A stretch of DNA of 64,000 nucleotides, taken from Epiperipatus broadwayi (taxonomy: Eukaryota > Animalia > Onychophora). A program made the translations under genes and the position numbers. The stretch lies in contig JAQFVV010000003.1 of NCBI GenBank assembly GCA_028023455.1, positions 18,228,001 to 18,292,000 of the forward strand, read 5' to 3'. This document shows positions 49,931 to 63,784 of the stretch, in pieces. Numbering within the stretch: the stretch's first letter is position 1; the number at the start of each line of letters is the position of its first letter. A model generated the notes under the pieces. It did not search any database, was not told the DNA's origin, and was given only the letters and a program-made list of their open reading frames with translations.

Positions 49931-52900
49931 ATGCAGTTTATGGTGTAATGATTTATATATATAACTGCTCAGGTTTCAAATGTGGAGGGAATATTAAAAT
50001 TTTCAACAAGGCTCATTTTTTTAAGTAGTTAACCCGGTTAGTCATCAAATTATTGACCAATAAATAATTGACTAACTATTCTTAGAGAGTAAAATAGGGA
50101 AGAGAAACTGCTAAAACTCATTTTAATGTTTAATTAATCTGAATAAGAAGAATACTATAGATACTTCTATTTAGCAATGGTTATTTATGATTCATTTTTT
50201 ATCATATATATGTAATAAATTAGCAAATGTCAAACCTGAATGCTGAGCCAAACTTTATATCAATTTATAAAAAAATTCAATAAAACATTACATGACTCTA
50301 GCTTACATAATGCTTTTCAGTATTAAAAGCTAATAAATCTCTATTCAGCACAACCTTATCCAGAAAAAAGAGAAGATGGCTATTGTAAAAAAACATTAGA
50401 TACAAAAAAAAAATCCAGCTGTACTAGACTCGAAAAGCCATATGATAGAAATTAGTTTCAGGATACGAATTGAGAGAAAGAACAATTAAAAGTTTATATA
50501 AGTAAAAGAGGTTAGTTTAAAAAATAAACAGAATCTCTCGAAATATGTTTTGCTGCAATTAGCCCTATTGAAAAAGTCTAAATACATTAGAATAGTGGCC
50601 AGAACTTCTTATACAAATAAATTTGAGTGATATATTTTAATTATTTATTTTTGGTTATATTTAACTTACATAATCCATGGACACTAAATGAAATCAAATC
50701 AGTGCCCTCTACCAGAAAAGTTAATACTATTTTGTATTACAATTTATATAATTAAAGACAATTGGTATTACTATCTAACTACTATTCAAAAAAAATTATA
50801 AAAGTACACAAATTACTTAAATAAAATAGGCCTTGGTTATGTTAACTTTATTGATATAAAAATATATAAAGACTGTATATAATTATTTTGTTTTTCGTTA
50901 ATCAAAAAAAAAATCATATCTTTTCAATTGATATGATAAATTTATTAATGAAAGTACAAAGAACAAATAGCTAATTTAAGATTTGAATAGTAGAAACAAA
51001 TATTTATCACTATCAAAAATAAGCTAATCTTTTGTACGTACATACAGAGTATGCCTATACATATCTAAATAAATAGCGGTATGTAAATGTATTGCTGTAT
51101 TTAAACTTATTTGATTCCTAAAATGCAGCTGCTAAGTTGGATGTGTTTCTTCTTTTAGTATACATTTTTTAAAAATAGTGATCCAAGTTAGCCTTCTCTT
51201 TCAAAACAGGAGAAAATTGGAACTCTAAAAATATATATACAAGAATAATAAAAAGACGATCAACTAAAAAATTTACTAAAGTTATTATTTTTATTCTTAA
51301 GTAATTAAGTTTCTGGTCAGTCAGATTTAGTAACTAAACAACAGAATTCTATGACAAATCAACAACATTTTTTTTATTTGACTTTGATTCCTATGTCTCA
51401 GCATAATTTGTTTTTAAAGTTACAGGCTTACCTCATCATTGGACATCTTAACTTCTAATTTGCTCTTTCAATCAATTTAAATTATAACTGTTACTAAAAT
51501 TTTATTTATATACTTTTGTCAGAATTCATTTAACCATCTGAACCATTCTTTCGATATACTATGGGTCAATCTTTGACTAGATTTCTTTCTGCATTATTTT
51601 TATGAAATTGTGTGCTCAAAATCATTCATATATCAATATGACACGTTGGTTATACTAAAAACTAGTGTTCCATAGATATTTTCATAATTATTAAACACAT
51701 GCACATTAATCGTACTTTATTTATTTTTACAATAATTGTAAGTAATCCATCTTCTTGCTTTGAATTTTATTTTCATTAAAATTGTATTAGAATAACCACA
51801 ATTTATATGATGTGAATGAATATATTAGCTTCACTCATTATTATCAAAACCTTACTCTATACTTTCAGCTTATTGCAATAAGAAAAAGTATTTCTCTTCA
51901 ATTCTAGCACTATCATAAAATTGAGAATTCAATGGTTTACTAGATAGTAATGCATTTTATGAACTTTTTTTCCGATAGAATCAAGAAGATAAAATAATCT
52001 TGTCCACTGAAATTGAATAACATATTGGTATTAATAATTGTAACCAAAGAAAAAAAGCATTTCCAATTAGATAGAATTGATGTTACAAAGTTATAGTTAC
52101 ATGATGTCAGATTTATATAACTATACAAAGTGATTGGCTTAGGTTTCAAAATCATCCAATATTTTGAATTTTAAATTAGTAAAAAAAAAAAAAAAAAGGA
52201 GTTAATGGTGGCAGTCAAATGCAACTTGGAATCTCAAGTCGTCACATACAGGCAAAAATTGGAAAATAGTCTAATAATGGAGATTAATAAATTGCACTAC
52301 CATAAGATAAACACTCATTACTCAAGCGTACAACAGATGGTCGTAAAATAGAGAAATACTTTTGTTTTAGTTCACCTATTTAAAAAGCTGAAATGAATTG
52401 ATTCCATGTTAATAACATGGTATTAATTTGGTTGTATTCATAATTGTAATTATAAAGTGGTCCTTCCTTGAATTGTAAGCCATGTATATGCTTTATTTAA
52501 AAATACATAACAATATAGTGTTTTTACATTTAAATTTGTGTGTGTATATATATAAATGCAGAACAATTAATTCAAAAAAGAATTTCTATCGATAAATATT
52601 TAACCTTTTGTAGGCCGATGATATCACAATATTCTATTATAGAGAAAAATAGTGAAAAGATCTATCCTTTAGCTAGAATAGTTAATTATCTATTTACATT
52701 AAATAACTGGTTAGAAATTTAATAATATTGTTGCTTGTGTGATACTTAACTAGCACTTAAAATTAAAACTAGGAATATGTGCAAATTAATCAGAACAAAC
52801 AAGCAGAATATAAATTATGATTTAGATAAAAGATTAAATCAAACTAGAATTCCTCATAACTCATAAAAAAAATTATAAATCTTAAAACACAATACTATAA

Positions 52901-54064
52901 ATCTGAAATACACATAGTATTAACTATTTCCATCATCTAAAATTAAAGATTGAATGTCTTTTTAAAATCGCAATGCTTCATCAGTCAAACAATATTAACT
53001 TCATGTGAAAATTACTTTTCTTTAAATAATAAAATACTGTATTAAATTGTATATGTGCGTTAATCAGTGTTAACTGTAAGTAAATATTAAAACTACACTT
53101 AAATAGTTCATTGCAGAATAAAGACTTCTTCAGTAGCCCCTTCAACAATAGCAGTGAAAGGAAAGATTTATTTGCCAGGCTTATTATAGGCCAAATAATA
53201 AGTTTTCCAAATTTGTTTTACATTCTAGCTAAGAATAACTAAATACCCATTTGCCACCCAATATTGGATGTTTAACTGCTTAATTGTGATACAACTAGAA
53301 GCTATTTTAAAAAAATCCTAAGTCTGATTGGAACCTTAAATTTTTTTCCAATTTTATCTGATCCAGATTCATTTAAACATGTATAAACAAAAAAGTAATT
53401 ATGAAATATATATAAAATAAAATAGATTATTACATCTTGAACTAGATATATATAAATTTGAAAAGATGTTAGTTCCAATTATTATATATAATGCATTTTT
53501 TTACTACAGCTGCCATTCTATGTGACAAAATTTCCAAATCGTTCAGCAATATGCATGCATTTCAAGAAGACATTCTTTGTTAGCTGTCTCCAACAGTATC
53601 AATAACCTGTGCAAATATAATAACTACTTGGTTTATTTTAATACTGTGTACTGGGAATCTGTTCTATCCATTCTCTTTATCAAATTCTATTTTACAACTA
53701 TACACGCCTAATTCAAGACCTACACAGGATGTTATAATTTTCTACATAATTATCATAGTTAATTGTTACATTTTTATTTACAACTGTCAAACTCGCTCCA
53801 CTCACAACTTTGACACCATCCACCTCAGATAAATACAATAACGATTATTACTAATCATTTACTAGAGATTATCTCTAGCACATATATAAACTTTAAATCT
53901 TAAGATTAATATATCTGATTTTTTAATTTTAAACATACACACACACATGGAGTTATTCACCTTTCCCATGTGTAATATCTTTATAGATATTTTAAACAAC
54001 CTTTATACTTCCCCATTCTTTTTAAATTCATATAAATAAAGATACAATAAAAGACAAATGACCC

Positions 54065-55095
54065 CATAGTTATTTAACTTAACTACTACAGTTCTCACAT
54101 GTGGAGAACACAAGTCGACTTAATGACACATCCACATATGGTATTATTTCAAGCCCATTTAAAAAAATAGACCCTGAAAATAAAAATATATAAACAAGGG
54201 ACAAACTAATAATCATTAGTTATATTTCTTGATCACTCTTTTGGTATCAATCCCTATAAAAACTTGCAATTAATAAGTATTTTTCTAAAGCCTGAATCAC
54301 ATGGACTCTATACGTCACTTTCTCCTTTCAGGGAAAGAATACTTTAAATGACCCCTTATAGAGATTGATACCAAAAGGGTGATCGTAAAATATATCTAAT
54401 GATTATTAGTTTGATTCCCTTTTTCATAATGTAGATTTTTATTTCAATGTGTCTATTTTTTAAATAGGCTTGAAATAATATATATGGATTGTAAGTTGAC
54501 TTGTGTTTTCCACATGTGAGATCCATAGTACTTTAAATTAAATAATTAAGTTAATTGTAGATTTCATTGTTTAGAAATTTATAGCACCCTGTGTAGATCT
54601 TGAATTAGGTGTGTAGGGTTGTAAAGTAGGTGGGAGAGAGAGTGGATGGGATAGATTCCTGGTAAAATTAATAATGGTGCCAATGGGACAGTATTATTTA
54701 CTGTACCAGGACCCCCCCCACTCTCATTATAACATTCTACCTTGTAAATTTACACCATTAATTCCAGACTTACACAAGGTGATATAAATTTCTAAACAGT
54801 AAAATCCATAATTAACTTAGTTAAATTCACTACTATAGGTCTCGCATGTGGAAAACACAAATCAAATTAATGACACATCCATATATGAAATTATTTCAAG
54901 CCTATTAAAAGAAAGACACATTGAACATAAAAATCTAAATAAAATAGGATCAAATTAATAATCATTAGTTCTATTTCCTGATCACCCTTTTAATATCAAT
55001 CCCTATAAGGATCAAACTTACCATTAATAACATAACTGTATGTGCCACTTCCCCCTTTCAGATAAAGAATATTTTAAAAGGATCTTTATAGAGTT
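54065..55095. repeat. Forward-reverse-hairpin-forward repeat cluster (~200-300 bp unit)
   Basis: Unit CATGTGGA(G/A)AACACAA...TTATTTCAAGCC...AATAATCATTAG...ATCAATCCCTATAA at ~54095 (+), ~54355-54525 (-) and ~54845 (+). A separate ~230-bp hairpin lies at 54570-54800. Confidence 0.8.
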
Positions 55096-56419
55096 AGCTA
55101 CCTACAGTTCTCTACAAAATATTCAAGCTTAGTAAAACGTTCTTAAACTCTTAAGGTGAATGGTATACAGTGTAAAAAATAGACAAAACAAAATTTATAT
55201 TTATTGTGGAGCGAGATGAGCAAATAAATCGAACACCAAATGCTGACTCACCTAATTTATTAATTTTAAATAAACAAATAAAACCCACAATCACTTAAAA
55301 ACCAAATGACATTATAGATATATAACATCTCGATATAACCGGGAAAAAAAATCATCCCCCTTTTTTAGTTACATGGAGACATATTATATAAACATTGACT
55401 TTTAAAATATTATTAAGCAAAATATAATAATTAACATTTCATTTACAGACACATATGTATGTGTAATTAATTATCAATTTCATTTACAAAAAAAATAATT
55501 AAGGTTATAAATTTGATAGGTTTAACATAAAATATCTCACATGCATGCATGCACATGTATACATATTGCTTACTTCATAAACTATATTAATATTTGTAAA
55601 TTAAATAATTAAAAAAATGCTATAAATTAAATAGGTTTAAAATATATTTCAAAAACGTTACTTTCTGGGGGGGGGGGGGGGCGAAGGGGTATTTTCCCCA
55701 TCACAATAAATAAAATAAAATATCTGGAGCTATGTTTTCTTCAATATTTCTAATAAGAAAATGTTTTAATTTGTTAGTGTACTTCTTTCTTTTTTTTTTT
55801 TAAAAAAAAAATTGAGACATTGTTCCAAGCTTCCAGCATACTTACTCTTCATGTGTAAAACTATAAACAGAAGGCACAAGGATTTAAATTTATTTTACAG
55901 GATTGTTTTGTAGACATTTGCCTAAAGAATAATAATGTTCAGGCTTATAGGTAGATAAGGGGAAAAGAACTGGTATACTATAATGAGTTCTATTCATATT
56001 GCTTTCTTTAATAATTCTATGAAACAGCATTTTCATAATACACACAATAACAATTTTTATTCCCTGAAAGTGATTTATGGTACTCCATAATGATATATGG
56101 TTGTGCAGTTTTCACAAGCTTTCCAGAATTTTAAGACCAAGCTTCAATTAACTTTTTCTTCCAAAGTTTTTTTTCTTCAGCAGTACAGCATACTGTAGTC
56201 TCTCTGCTACAAAACAATCAAAGAATCAATATCCTGACTTTAATTTTAAAACCTAATTTATAGCTTGTTTTTTAATAACTATTTTTTCCCAATTAAATTC
56301 CCAGATAAATACTTTAAATAATTAATAAAATATCTCATCAATAAACATATATATATAATGAGAAAATAATAAATTCTTTACAAGCTATATAAATATCAAT
56401 AATAATTTTTTTATACATT

Positions 56420-57400
56420 AAAAGCCTTTTTCAGCACCTTATTTGGTGCCCTTTTCAAATGTTAATTATCTATTTAATGTTAATGAATTATTTCAGACAT
56501 AAAACCATCTAGTGTTCAATAAGGGAATTAAAACAAACAATAACAATATATAAATCATTAAAATAAATCCAAACCCTCATACATAAATCCAGTAATTACA
56601 AAATAATTGACTATATCATAACAATACAATAAATAAATTATATGCATTTTTTTTACAATTATATATATGTCATTTTATATAATTTTCTATTCATTTTTAA
56701 TTAACCAATTATTAACCAAATTTATAAAAGTCTTGTAAATATTCATACAATTATTCATATTTTTTTAATATAGTATGTTTCATATATTTGTCTTCTTTTT
56801 GGATCCTTGTAATTTAAGTGCTTAATACTTTTTATAGCATCTATTCTATGCCTATTTCAAATAATAAATGTATAATGCAGATTTATCATCTCTTCTATTA
56901 ATTGCACTATTATGTTCTTTGGCTCTTACCTCTAATTGTTTGCCAGTATGAGCAAAGTAAAACATTTTACAAATTTCACATGTAATTTTATATACAATTC
57001 CTTTTTTGTACTGTATATCATCTTTTAACCTATAATTACCTATTAATTGATAAAGATTTTTATTTTTTTTAATATTCTTCTCAATATAATTTTTGTTATA
57101 TCTTAATGTATTATATATCCTAGGATAATATGAAAGTCTAATCCATTTCTTATTTGATTTATTATTACCATTATCAATACCATTATTTTCCTCAGAAATT
57201 TTATCACCCACTATAGATTTTATAGAATTAAAAAATATATTTGTAATAGTTTTAAGATTATATCCATAATCTTTATATAATTTAATAAATTTATCTTTAC
57301 ACTTATTATCATTTTAAAAACACTTTAATATTTATTCTATATACATGACTTTTAATATTTTGTTGTACATAATAAAGAAAACTATTTCCATAAAAGCAAT
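56420..57400 (-). mobile_element. Second, older Penelope-like element fragment
   Basis: GIVYKITCEICKMFYFAHTGKQLEVRAKEH (GIY-YIG) in ORF 56852-57211, with thumb-like KLYKDYGYNLKTI upstream. A degenerate HHR-like stretch lies at ~56422-56460. Confidence 0.8.
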
Positions 57401-57819
57401 GCCTGTAAATTCAGATGTGAGGGTTACATTTGCCCTTCTCAATTTAAGAATAATGTAGAGTCAATTTAGCCATAAATATCACTCAATTATATTTTTACAT
57501 AAAAAGACAATTTCTTTCAATTTTTTACAATATTGTTATACTTAGCTGTCCTTCTTTGGAAATGGACTTACAAGCTGGTATGAACATAACAAATAATGCC
57601 CTCTTTACAAATGTAGTACATTGGTATTCATATAAAAAAAACTTTCATTAATTCAATTAAAATTATTTCCATATTGAGATGAAAAAAGAAATCTCCCACT
57701 GAAATATATCATGCAATATGAATGCCAAGAGAGCTATCTTGAGCACAAATAGAATATTAACCAAACCATATAATGAACAATATATTTAAATAAAGTCTTG
57801 CTTTATGATGAGACTTAGA

Positions 57820-57960
57820 GGTGATGTCTGGCTCACTTTTGAGACTTAGAGATTGACAAATATATGATTATGCCTAGTTCACTCTTGAGATTTAGAGGCT
57901 GACAAATATAAAAATATGCCTTGCTCACTTTTGAGGTTTAGAGGCTGATACATATAAATA
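57820..57960. repeat. ~43-bp minisatellite, 3 copies
   Basis: (G/T)CTCACT(T/C)TTGAG(A/G)(C/T)TTAGAG(A/G)(T/C)TGACA...ATAT repeated three times. Confidence 0.8.
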
Positions 57961-58499
57961 TAATATGGTTAAGAATAACACTGAGATAAAAACTCAATAA
58001 AACATGAGAACCTCAAAATAATGAAACTCTCCATTCATCACCAATACAGAAAGCAACATGGTCAACCATTAATAACCTCATAAAATTGATTTTAGTTTTC
58101 AACTATATACTGTTTTCTTTTACATATCTAATCAATAATGCAAAGAATAGAGTGATGTCATTTAAATTCTGAACCCTGATGTTTTTTTTTTGTTTTTAAC
58201 TATTCATTTATTGACATTATTGGAAAGTAGAGTATGAAATTTGTATATAGACTGATTTAAATATGACACAATAATTTTGAAACTTCTATCAAACATTTGA
58301 GTTAATTCTATTTTTTTTATTTAACAATCTTTCAATATTAAATAAAATGTCATTTTTATACCTAGTTCATTTGCCATGATTTTTTTTTCAACTATTGTTT
58401 TAGCATTTGAACAGTACAATTCATTTTTTTAAAACTAGTCAATAGTATCTACTTTTGTAATGGATACTATATAAATTATTTTTCCATTCCTCTACATCA

Positions 58500-60110
58500 G
58501 ATACCTATTTATAAGTCCAGAGACATCAACTAAGAGGCTATCCTTATTCATAGAAGGATTAAACTTTGCCCCTCTCTAAATATTTTCTTTATCACTTTCC
58601 ATTCTATCATTACATCTTGTATCAGTGGTAAAATTTGTTTTTCTAGTAGGAGATTATGGTTCATGAATTAGATTGATTGTAATACTCCCCATTATTAATA
58701 TCAGTTCCACTTCTAGTCTGATGAGGTCTAGTGGCACTACCTGTTGACTTTTTTTGTGTAATTATCCACAAATATTGACCTTTGGATATTCCTCCATACT
58801 ATGATTTTTTTGTACCTAATGATATTTATTTGGGGTTCAGATTCTCTTTTAAATGTAGCTCTGTTTTGGGGTTTAAATCCTTTTTCTCAATCATCCTCAT
58901 TTGCAGGTTTATTGCTATCAAATGCATTGAGTAATTCAGATACCTGTTCTACAGTTTTTTTATCAGTGCCTATTAGGACCTGTTCAATGTGATTAGGGAA
59001 AATGTGTACAATCTGGCTTTTGGATAAAGAATCCGTGGTCAAGACTTAATTTGGTTACTTGCCATCAGAAAAAATGGAGTGAATGCCTTTCCAGGTCTAC
59101 ATTTCTCTTGGGAAATATGGTGTTTGATCCCTTCTTGACAATCCACCCTTCTGTAGGAATTTTATAGAGCCTATTTAAATTAGTCAAAATTTACAGGTTT
59201 GTCAAACAATGATGCTCGCCATGCTTGAGACACCCTTTGAAGATGGTTACAAGCAATCACGATTTTAGTCTCTTCAGTCAATTTTTTTAAAACTAAAATA
59301 TCTTTTTAAACTGCTAATATATTCAATTGGAGCTTCCCCGGCATGTCCTAAAAAATGCCTAATTTTTAAGAATTGATTGACAATACTGGGATTAGAATTA
59401 TATGAGTATCCCTACTAACATCTGGTGATTATTTTCATGTGCAATACTAGTCTACCTCAGATCAGATTTTCTTTTCTTTTATATCTAGCTCTATTTTTAC
59501 TAACCTCTTTGTTATCTCTTCCTGCATTTTAATTTGATTCTTACCTTTTATTTGAATATTTTCAATTGCTCGAGTCAAATAATTGATTTCTACCTTTACT
59601 TGAGTCAACCCTTGCCTGTTCTCTATTTTTATATCTTCAACTATCCCATGCAATTGTTCAAATTTCTTATCCTGATCACTTTTATTCAAGTGAACTTCAA
59701 GACTTACTTCACCAATTTTACTTTCTAATTCTACAAAACGATTTTCAAACCTACCTATTATTTGTTTACTTAATCCCTCTATCTGTTTTTTTTTTGTTGT
59801 CTAACTTTCAATTTGACTTTTAAGTCCTTCATTTTGTTCTTTCATTCATTTACACATACTTTCCATGTTCTCTTTAATTTTTTATTTTGTTTCCATGTTC
59901 TCCTTAATTTCTTTATTTTGTGTTTTAAAATCTATTTGGCTTTTCATTTCTGTGAACATGCTTTTCATGTTGGTCTTTATTTTCTTCTTTTTTCAATTTT
60001 TTTTTATTCAATTGGGTGAATATGCTCATGATCATGTTTTTAAACTCACTGTCATGAGTCTCAGTTATACTTTCCTGAGCTTCCACTTTTGCTTTAGCTT
60101 GGGTAATCAT
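58500..60110 (-). mobile_element. Decayed Ty3/gypsy-type gag remnant
   Basis: Coiled-coil N-terminal ORFs (59925-60110, 59462-59689) are followed by FLGHAGEAPIEYISSLKRYF and, after a frameshift, KIVIACNHLQRVSQAW, typical of retrotransposon gag domains. Confidence 0.6.
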
Positions 60111-61648
60111 ATATACAATTTATATTAAAAATAATTAGCTACTCACTTTTCTATAAAATTAAAAAAAAGAAATATATATATAAAAATCTAATATTTCTTT
60201 TATTTATTTAATAACTAGAAAGTTCACCCCTCTTTCCATGCAACCTTTCTAAAACTGCAAGGTATTTAAATGTAATGTCTTATTTTATTTATTTGCATAT
60301 TACTATTATCTCTAACCATCTATTACTACTACTATTTTTGTCTAAGACATTTATGAGTTTATCTGATTTATTTTTATTTATAACAAAATAAATTATTATA
60401 TTTCTCATCCAAACAAGTATTTATATTCTATATTTCAATGACTAATTTATGTTTTTCCAAAGTGTAATAATAAAAAAAATATATTTTAAAAGTAAACTGG
60501 GTTCAATACCTGTTTGTTTTAATCAAGATAATCACAGGCCTTCAAATGTAATGGTACCTGTCCTTTTAACAATTTGGTAATAATAAAATTAACAATAAAA
60601 TTTAAAAAAATACAATATTTGCAAATTAATTTTAGTCTAGGGGAATTTAAAGACAACTAACGGTTGACTGTGTACATGGTGGAGTGACCACATACAACTT
60701 ATTTTAAATTGACAAGTCTTTAATAGTCATAAGTAATGATCAAATTGAACCCACATAAAAACAAGTTTCCATGCAGATTCAATTATATTATCTGATTGTT
60801 ACCTCCTTCCACCTAATACTTTACGACATTAACAAAATAAATAATCAGCTTGTATTCAGATAAGAAATGATAAACAACAAAATTATTAACAACAATAACT
60901 TCAATTAAAGAATAGAATTATATGATGATAATAATAATGTATTTACATATTTTCAATTAAAAAAATTATTTGGTAATCATGCATGAGAGGGGAAAAAATC
61001 TTTGTAACTTAGAATAACTCTTTAAGAATAGCTATAGAAAGTTCAGCTAATTACCTTAATGTTTTTGTGAGCTCACATATATATATTTTGTATCTGTAAA
61101 TGTGGAAATATGGTCATTAATCATTAAATTTTAATGTGTGCTGGTAATATATTTTAGTTTCTTTTGATTCATTCCATGGCAGTTTTCCTATGACAGTTTC
61201 CATTGCAATTTTCTTCTGAGCATTTAAAATAGGTAAATTCACAGACTGATTTATAAAAGCATATTGCTATGGGATAATCACTTTAGATGATTGTTTTCCC
61301 TTTTTGTAGCAGGTAAATGTCAAATATTTCTTTAGCATTGAATAATGATGAATAGATTTGCAGAATCAAGGTTAATTTTAAGGCATTTCTTTGCATACAG
61401 CTCCATATTCAGTTACAATACTGGAAAGATCAGGGAAAGCATCCTGGAGGATTCTCTACTCCATAAAATGCATGATATTAACTTAAAAACCCATACAAAA
61501 TTTTATTAACTTCTTTTTTATACAGTAAAAGACATGATGATGAAGTTACAATTCTTCCCACCTTTTCTTGAAATGCAGATGATTTTAGGAAGCTTCTGTT
61601 CATTCCCATAGCAATGTTTTTTTGTTTTAAAAGAATATGCTTTATTTA

Positions 61649-61649
<1 letters not shown>

Positions 61650-61680
<31 letters not shown>

Positions 61681-61735
61681 TGATGATGATGATGATGACA
61701 ACAACAATAATAATAATAACAGCAACAATAAGAAC
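61650..61735. repeat. Compound trinucleotide microsatellite (TAA)n(TGA)n(CAA)n
   Basis: Directly visible; it explains the low-complexity ORF 61518-61739. Confidence 0.95.
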
Positions 61736-61740
61736 ACATT

Positions 61741-61860
61741 TTATCTTTACACTTATTGTTATCATTTTAAAAACATTTTAATATTTATTCTATATACATG
61801 ACTTAATATTTTGTTATACATAATAAAAATAATTACAATAAAAACTCAGATGAGAGGTTA
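61741..61860 (-). mobile_element. Short copy of the PLE thumb region found at 57295-57430
   Basis: CACTTATT..TATCATTTTAAAAACA.TTTAATATTTATTCTATATACATGACTT is shared between the two loci. Confidence 0.7.
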
Positions 61861-61909
61861 CAATATATTTATTACATACTGCCTACCACTATACTAGTAA
61901 TGATAAATA

Positions 61910-63215
61910 AAACAGAAAATCATACAAAATTATAATACTAACCAAAAACAATATTTTACTAAAATTCTTCCACGACCATGGTTTCATCTATTAACAAATA
62001 GATCTTTTCAAGTGAAATTTAACAAAATACATACAACATATATATGCAAAATAAAATAGCCTTCCCATCATTCACTTCAAAAAAACAACTTCCTTTAACA
62101 AAGGATGTCTTCATGAAATTGATGGCTTCAGATTAAAAAAAAATTATCATCAGAATTTCTTTTCTTTTTAATTCATGTCTGTCATAAAAAAATAATCTCT
62201 GTATTTTCAAATAATATTTTATGACCTATATTCAGTGTATGAATATATAAAGCTGAGTTATGATATCTATTTTTAACTCTATTTTTATGAACTTTAACTC
62301 TTTAAGATTTAATTTACTTTGACCTATACAAATTTTATGACAATTGCAAGAAATTTTATAAACTGTGCCAGAAATAAATTTGTTATTAATTGAAGGTTTT
62401 GAACAATTCAATAATGAATTTAAATCAAGGCCTCAGCCTTGATTTAAGATTGATAGCAAATTTATTTCTAATGTAAATTTTATGACAACTGCAAGGAATC
62501 TCAGCCTTGATTTATATTCATTATTAAAAAGTTCAAATTAGTTTATAAATAGCAAATCTTCCTGATATAGTTTATGAGGTTACTTGCAGTTGTCGCAAAA
62601 TTTACATTAGAAATAGATTTTCTATCAAATAATTGTTTTAAACTATTTAATAATGAATTCAAATCAAGACCTGCCACCTTGATTTAAATTCACAATTAAA
62701 TAGTTTGAAATAGTCAATTGATAACAAAGCTATTTCTGATGTAGTTTATAAGATTCCTTGCAGTTGTCATAAAATTTATATAAATCAAAGTAAATTAAGT
62801 CTTAATAAAAGAGTTAAAATTCATAACAGTAGAGTTAAAAATAAATATTATAATGCAATTTTGTATATTCATGAAGTGAATACAGTTCATAAAATATTAT
62901 TTGACACTGCAGAGATTATTTTTTTTATGAAAGAAGTGAATTAAAAAGAATAAAAGAAATTCTGATGATACATTTTTTTCTTGAATCTGAAGTCGTCAAT
63001 CTCATGAAAACGTTTTTCGATGTTAAAGAAAGTTGGTTTTTGAAGTGAATGATGAGAAGGTTATTTTGTTCTGCATACATATATAGTATGTATTTTGTAA
63101 AGTTTCACTTGAAAAGAGTCTATTTATTAATAGATGAAACCATAGTCATGGAAAATTTTTAATAAAATATTGTCTTTTGGCTAGTATTGCAATGTTATAT
63201 GATTTTTCTATTTTA
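61910..63215. mobile_element. ~1.3-kb foldback-like element with long inverted arms and nested internal palindromes
   Basis: 61977-62017 is reverse-complementary to 63103-63145, and similarity continues inward for ~450 nt. The module AATTTTATGACAA(C/T)TGCAAG occurs twice on each strand. Confidence 0.85.
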
Positions 63216-63223
63216 AAGATATG

Positions 63224-63332
63224 GGCCATATATAGTTTGGTATAGTGGTAAAATGGCAGAGTTCAAGATTCATGAATTGTGGTCCAGTTCTAATACATCT
63301 AGAGTTAAAACTTCTTATAAACTCCTAAGCAA
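63224..63332 (+). mobile_element. Family S tRNA-derived SINE
   Basis: A box TGGTATAGTGGTA and tail AAACTTCTTATAAACTCCTAAGCAAT. Confidence 0.6.
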
Positions 63333-63784
63333 TTAATCATTTAAATATTTATATCTTTATGAGAAAATGTTTGCAAATAACTTACAAATGAAAGTAAAAA
63401 AGCTGTAATGTTTTTTTCTAAAATGACAGAACATAATTATCGATGAAAATTGCAAAATTTGCACCTTAATGTTTTAATTATTGATGAAAATTAAGATTTT
63501 GACTATATTTCAGTCATGTGATTAGGACAATTTTAACTGTACAAAAATTGCATTTTTATTTTTTAATTATCAATGAAAATTGTAAAATCGTGTTGATAAT
63601 GGGTGTCAGTTATCACTTAGATGTGTCAGCGGGGACCATGAGTGCATACTAAATCAGTACCAAACATTTTAATATGAACACTATTTAGGGAATAATGTAG
63701 ATTGAGTATGTAGTTGATTATTATTATGATCAGCATTACAGCTAGATCATTACCAGGATCTGCTTAATGAATATAAAACCACTG

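Noticed and set aside
55667-55699. G14 run (and G12 at ~25895) as functional G-quadruplexes
   Set aside because: Isolated homopolymers with no supporting context; their length is also error-prone.
56130-56210. Minus-strand terminal exon with a PH-domain-like end (CTAEEKKLWKKKLIEAWS*)
   Set aside because: A short isolated match with no upstream exons identified.
57820-57960. CRISPR-like array
   Set aside because: Eukaryotic context; the units are tandem without unique spacers, so this is a minisatellite.
61150-61615. Minus-strand coding-like stretch (pseudogene?)
   Set aside because: Frames are broken by stops and I recognise no family.
61518-61739. ORF rich in Cys/His/Tyr
   Set aside because: It is a translation of the trinucleotide microsatellite.
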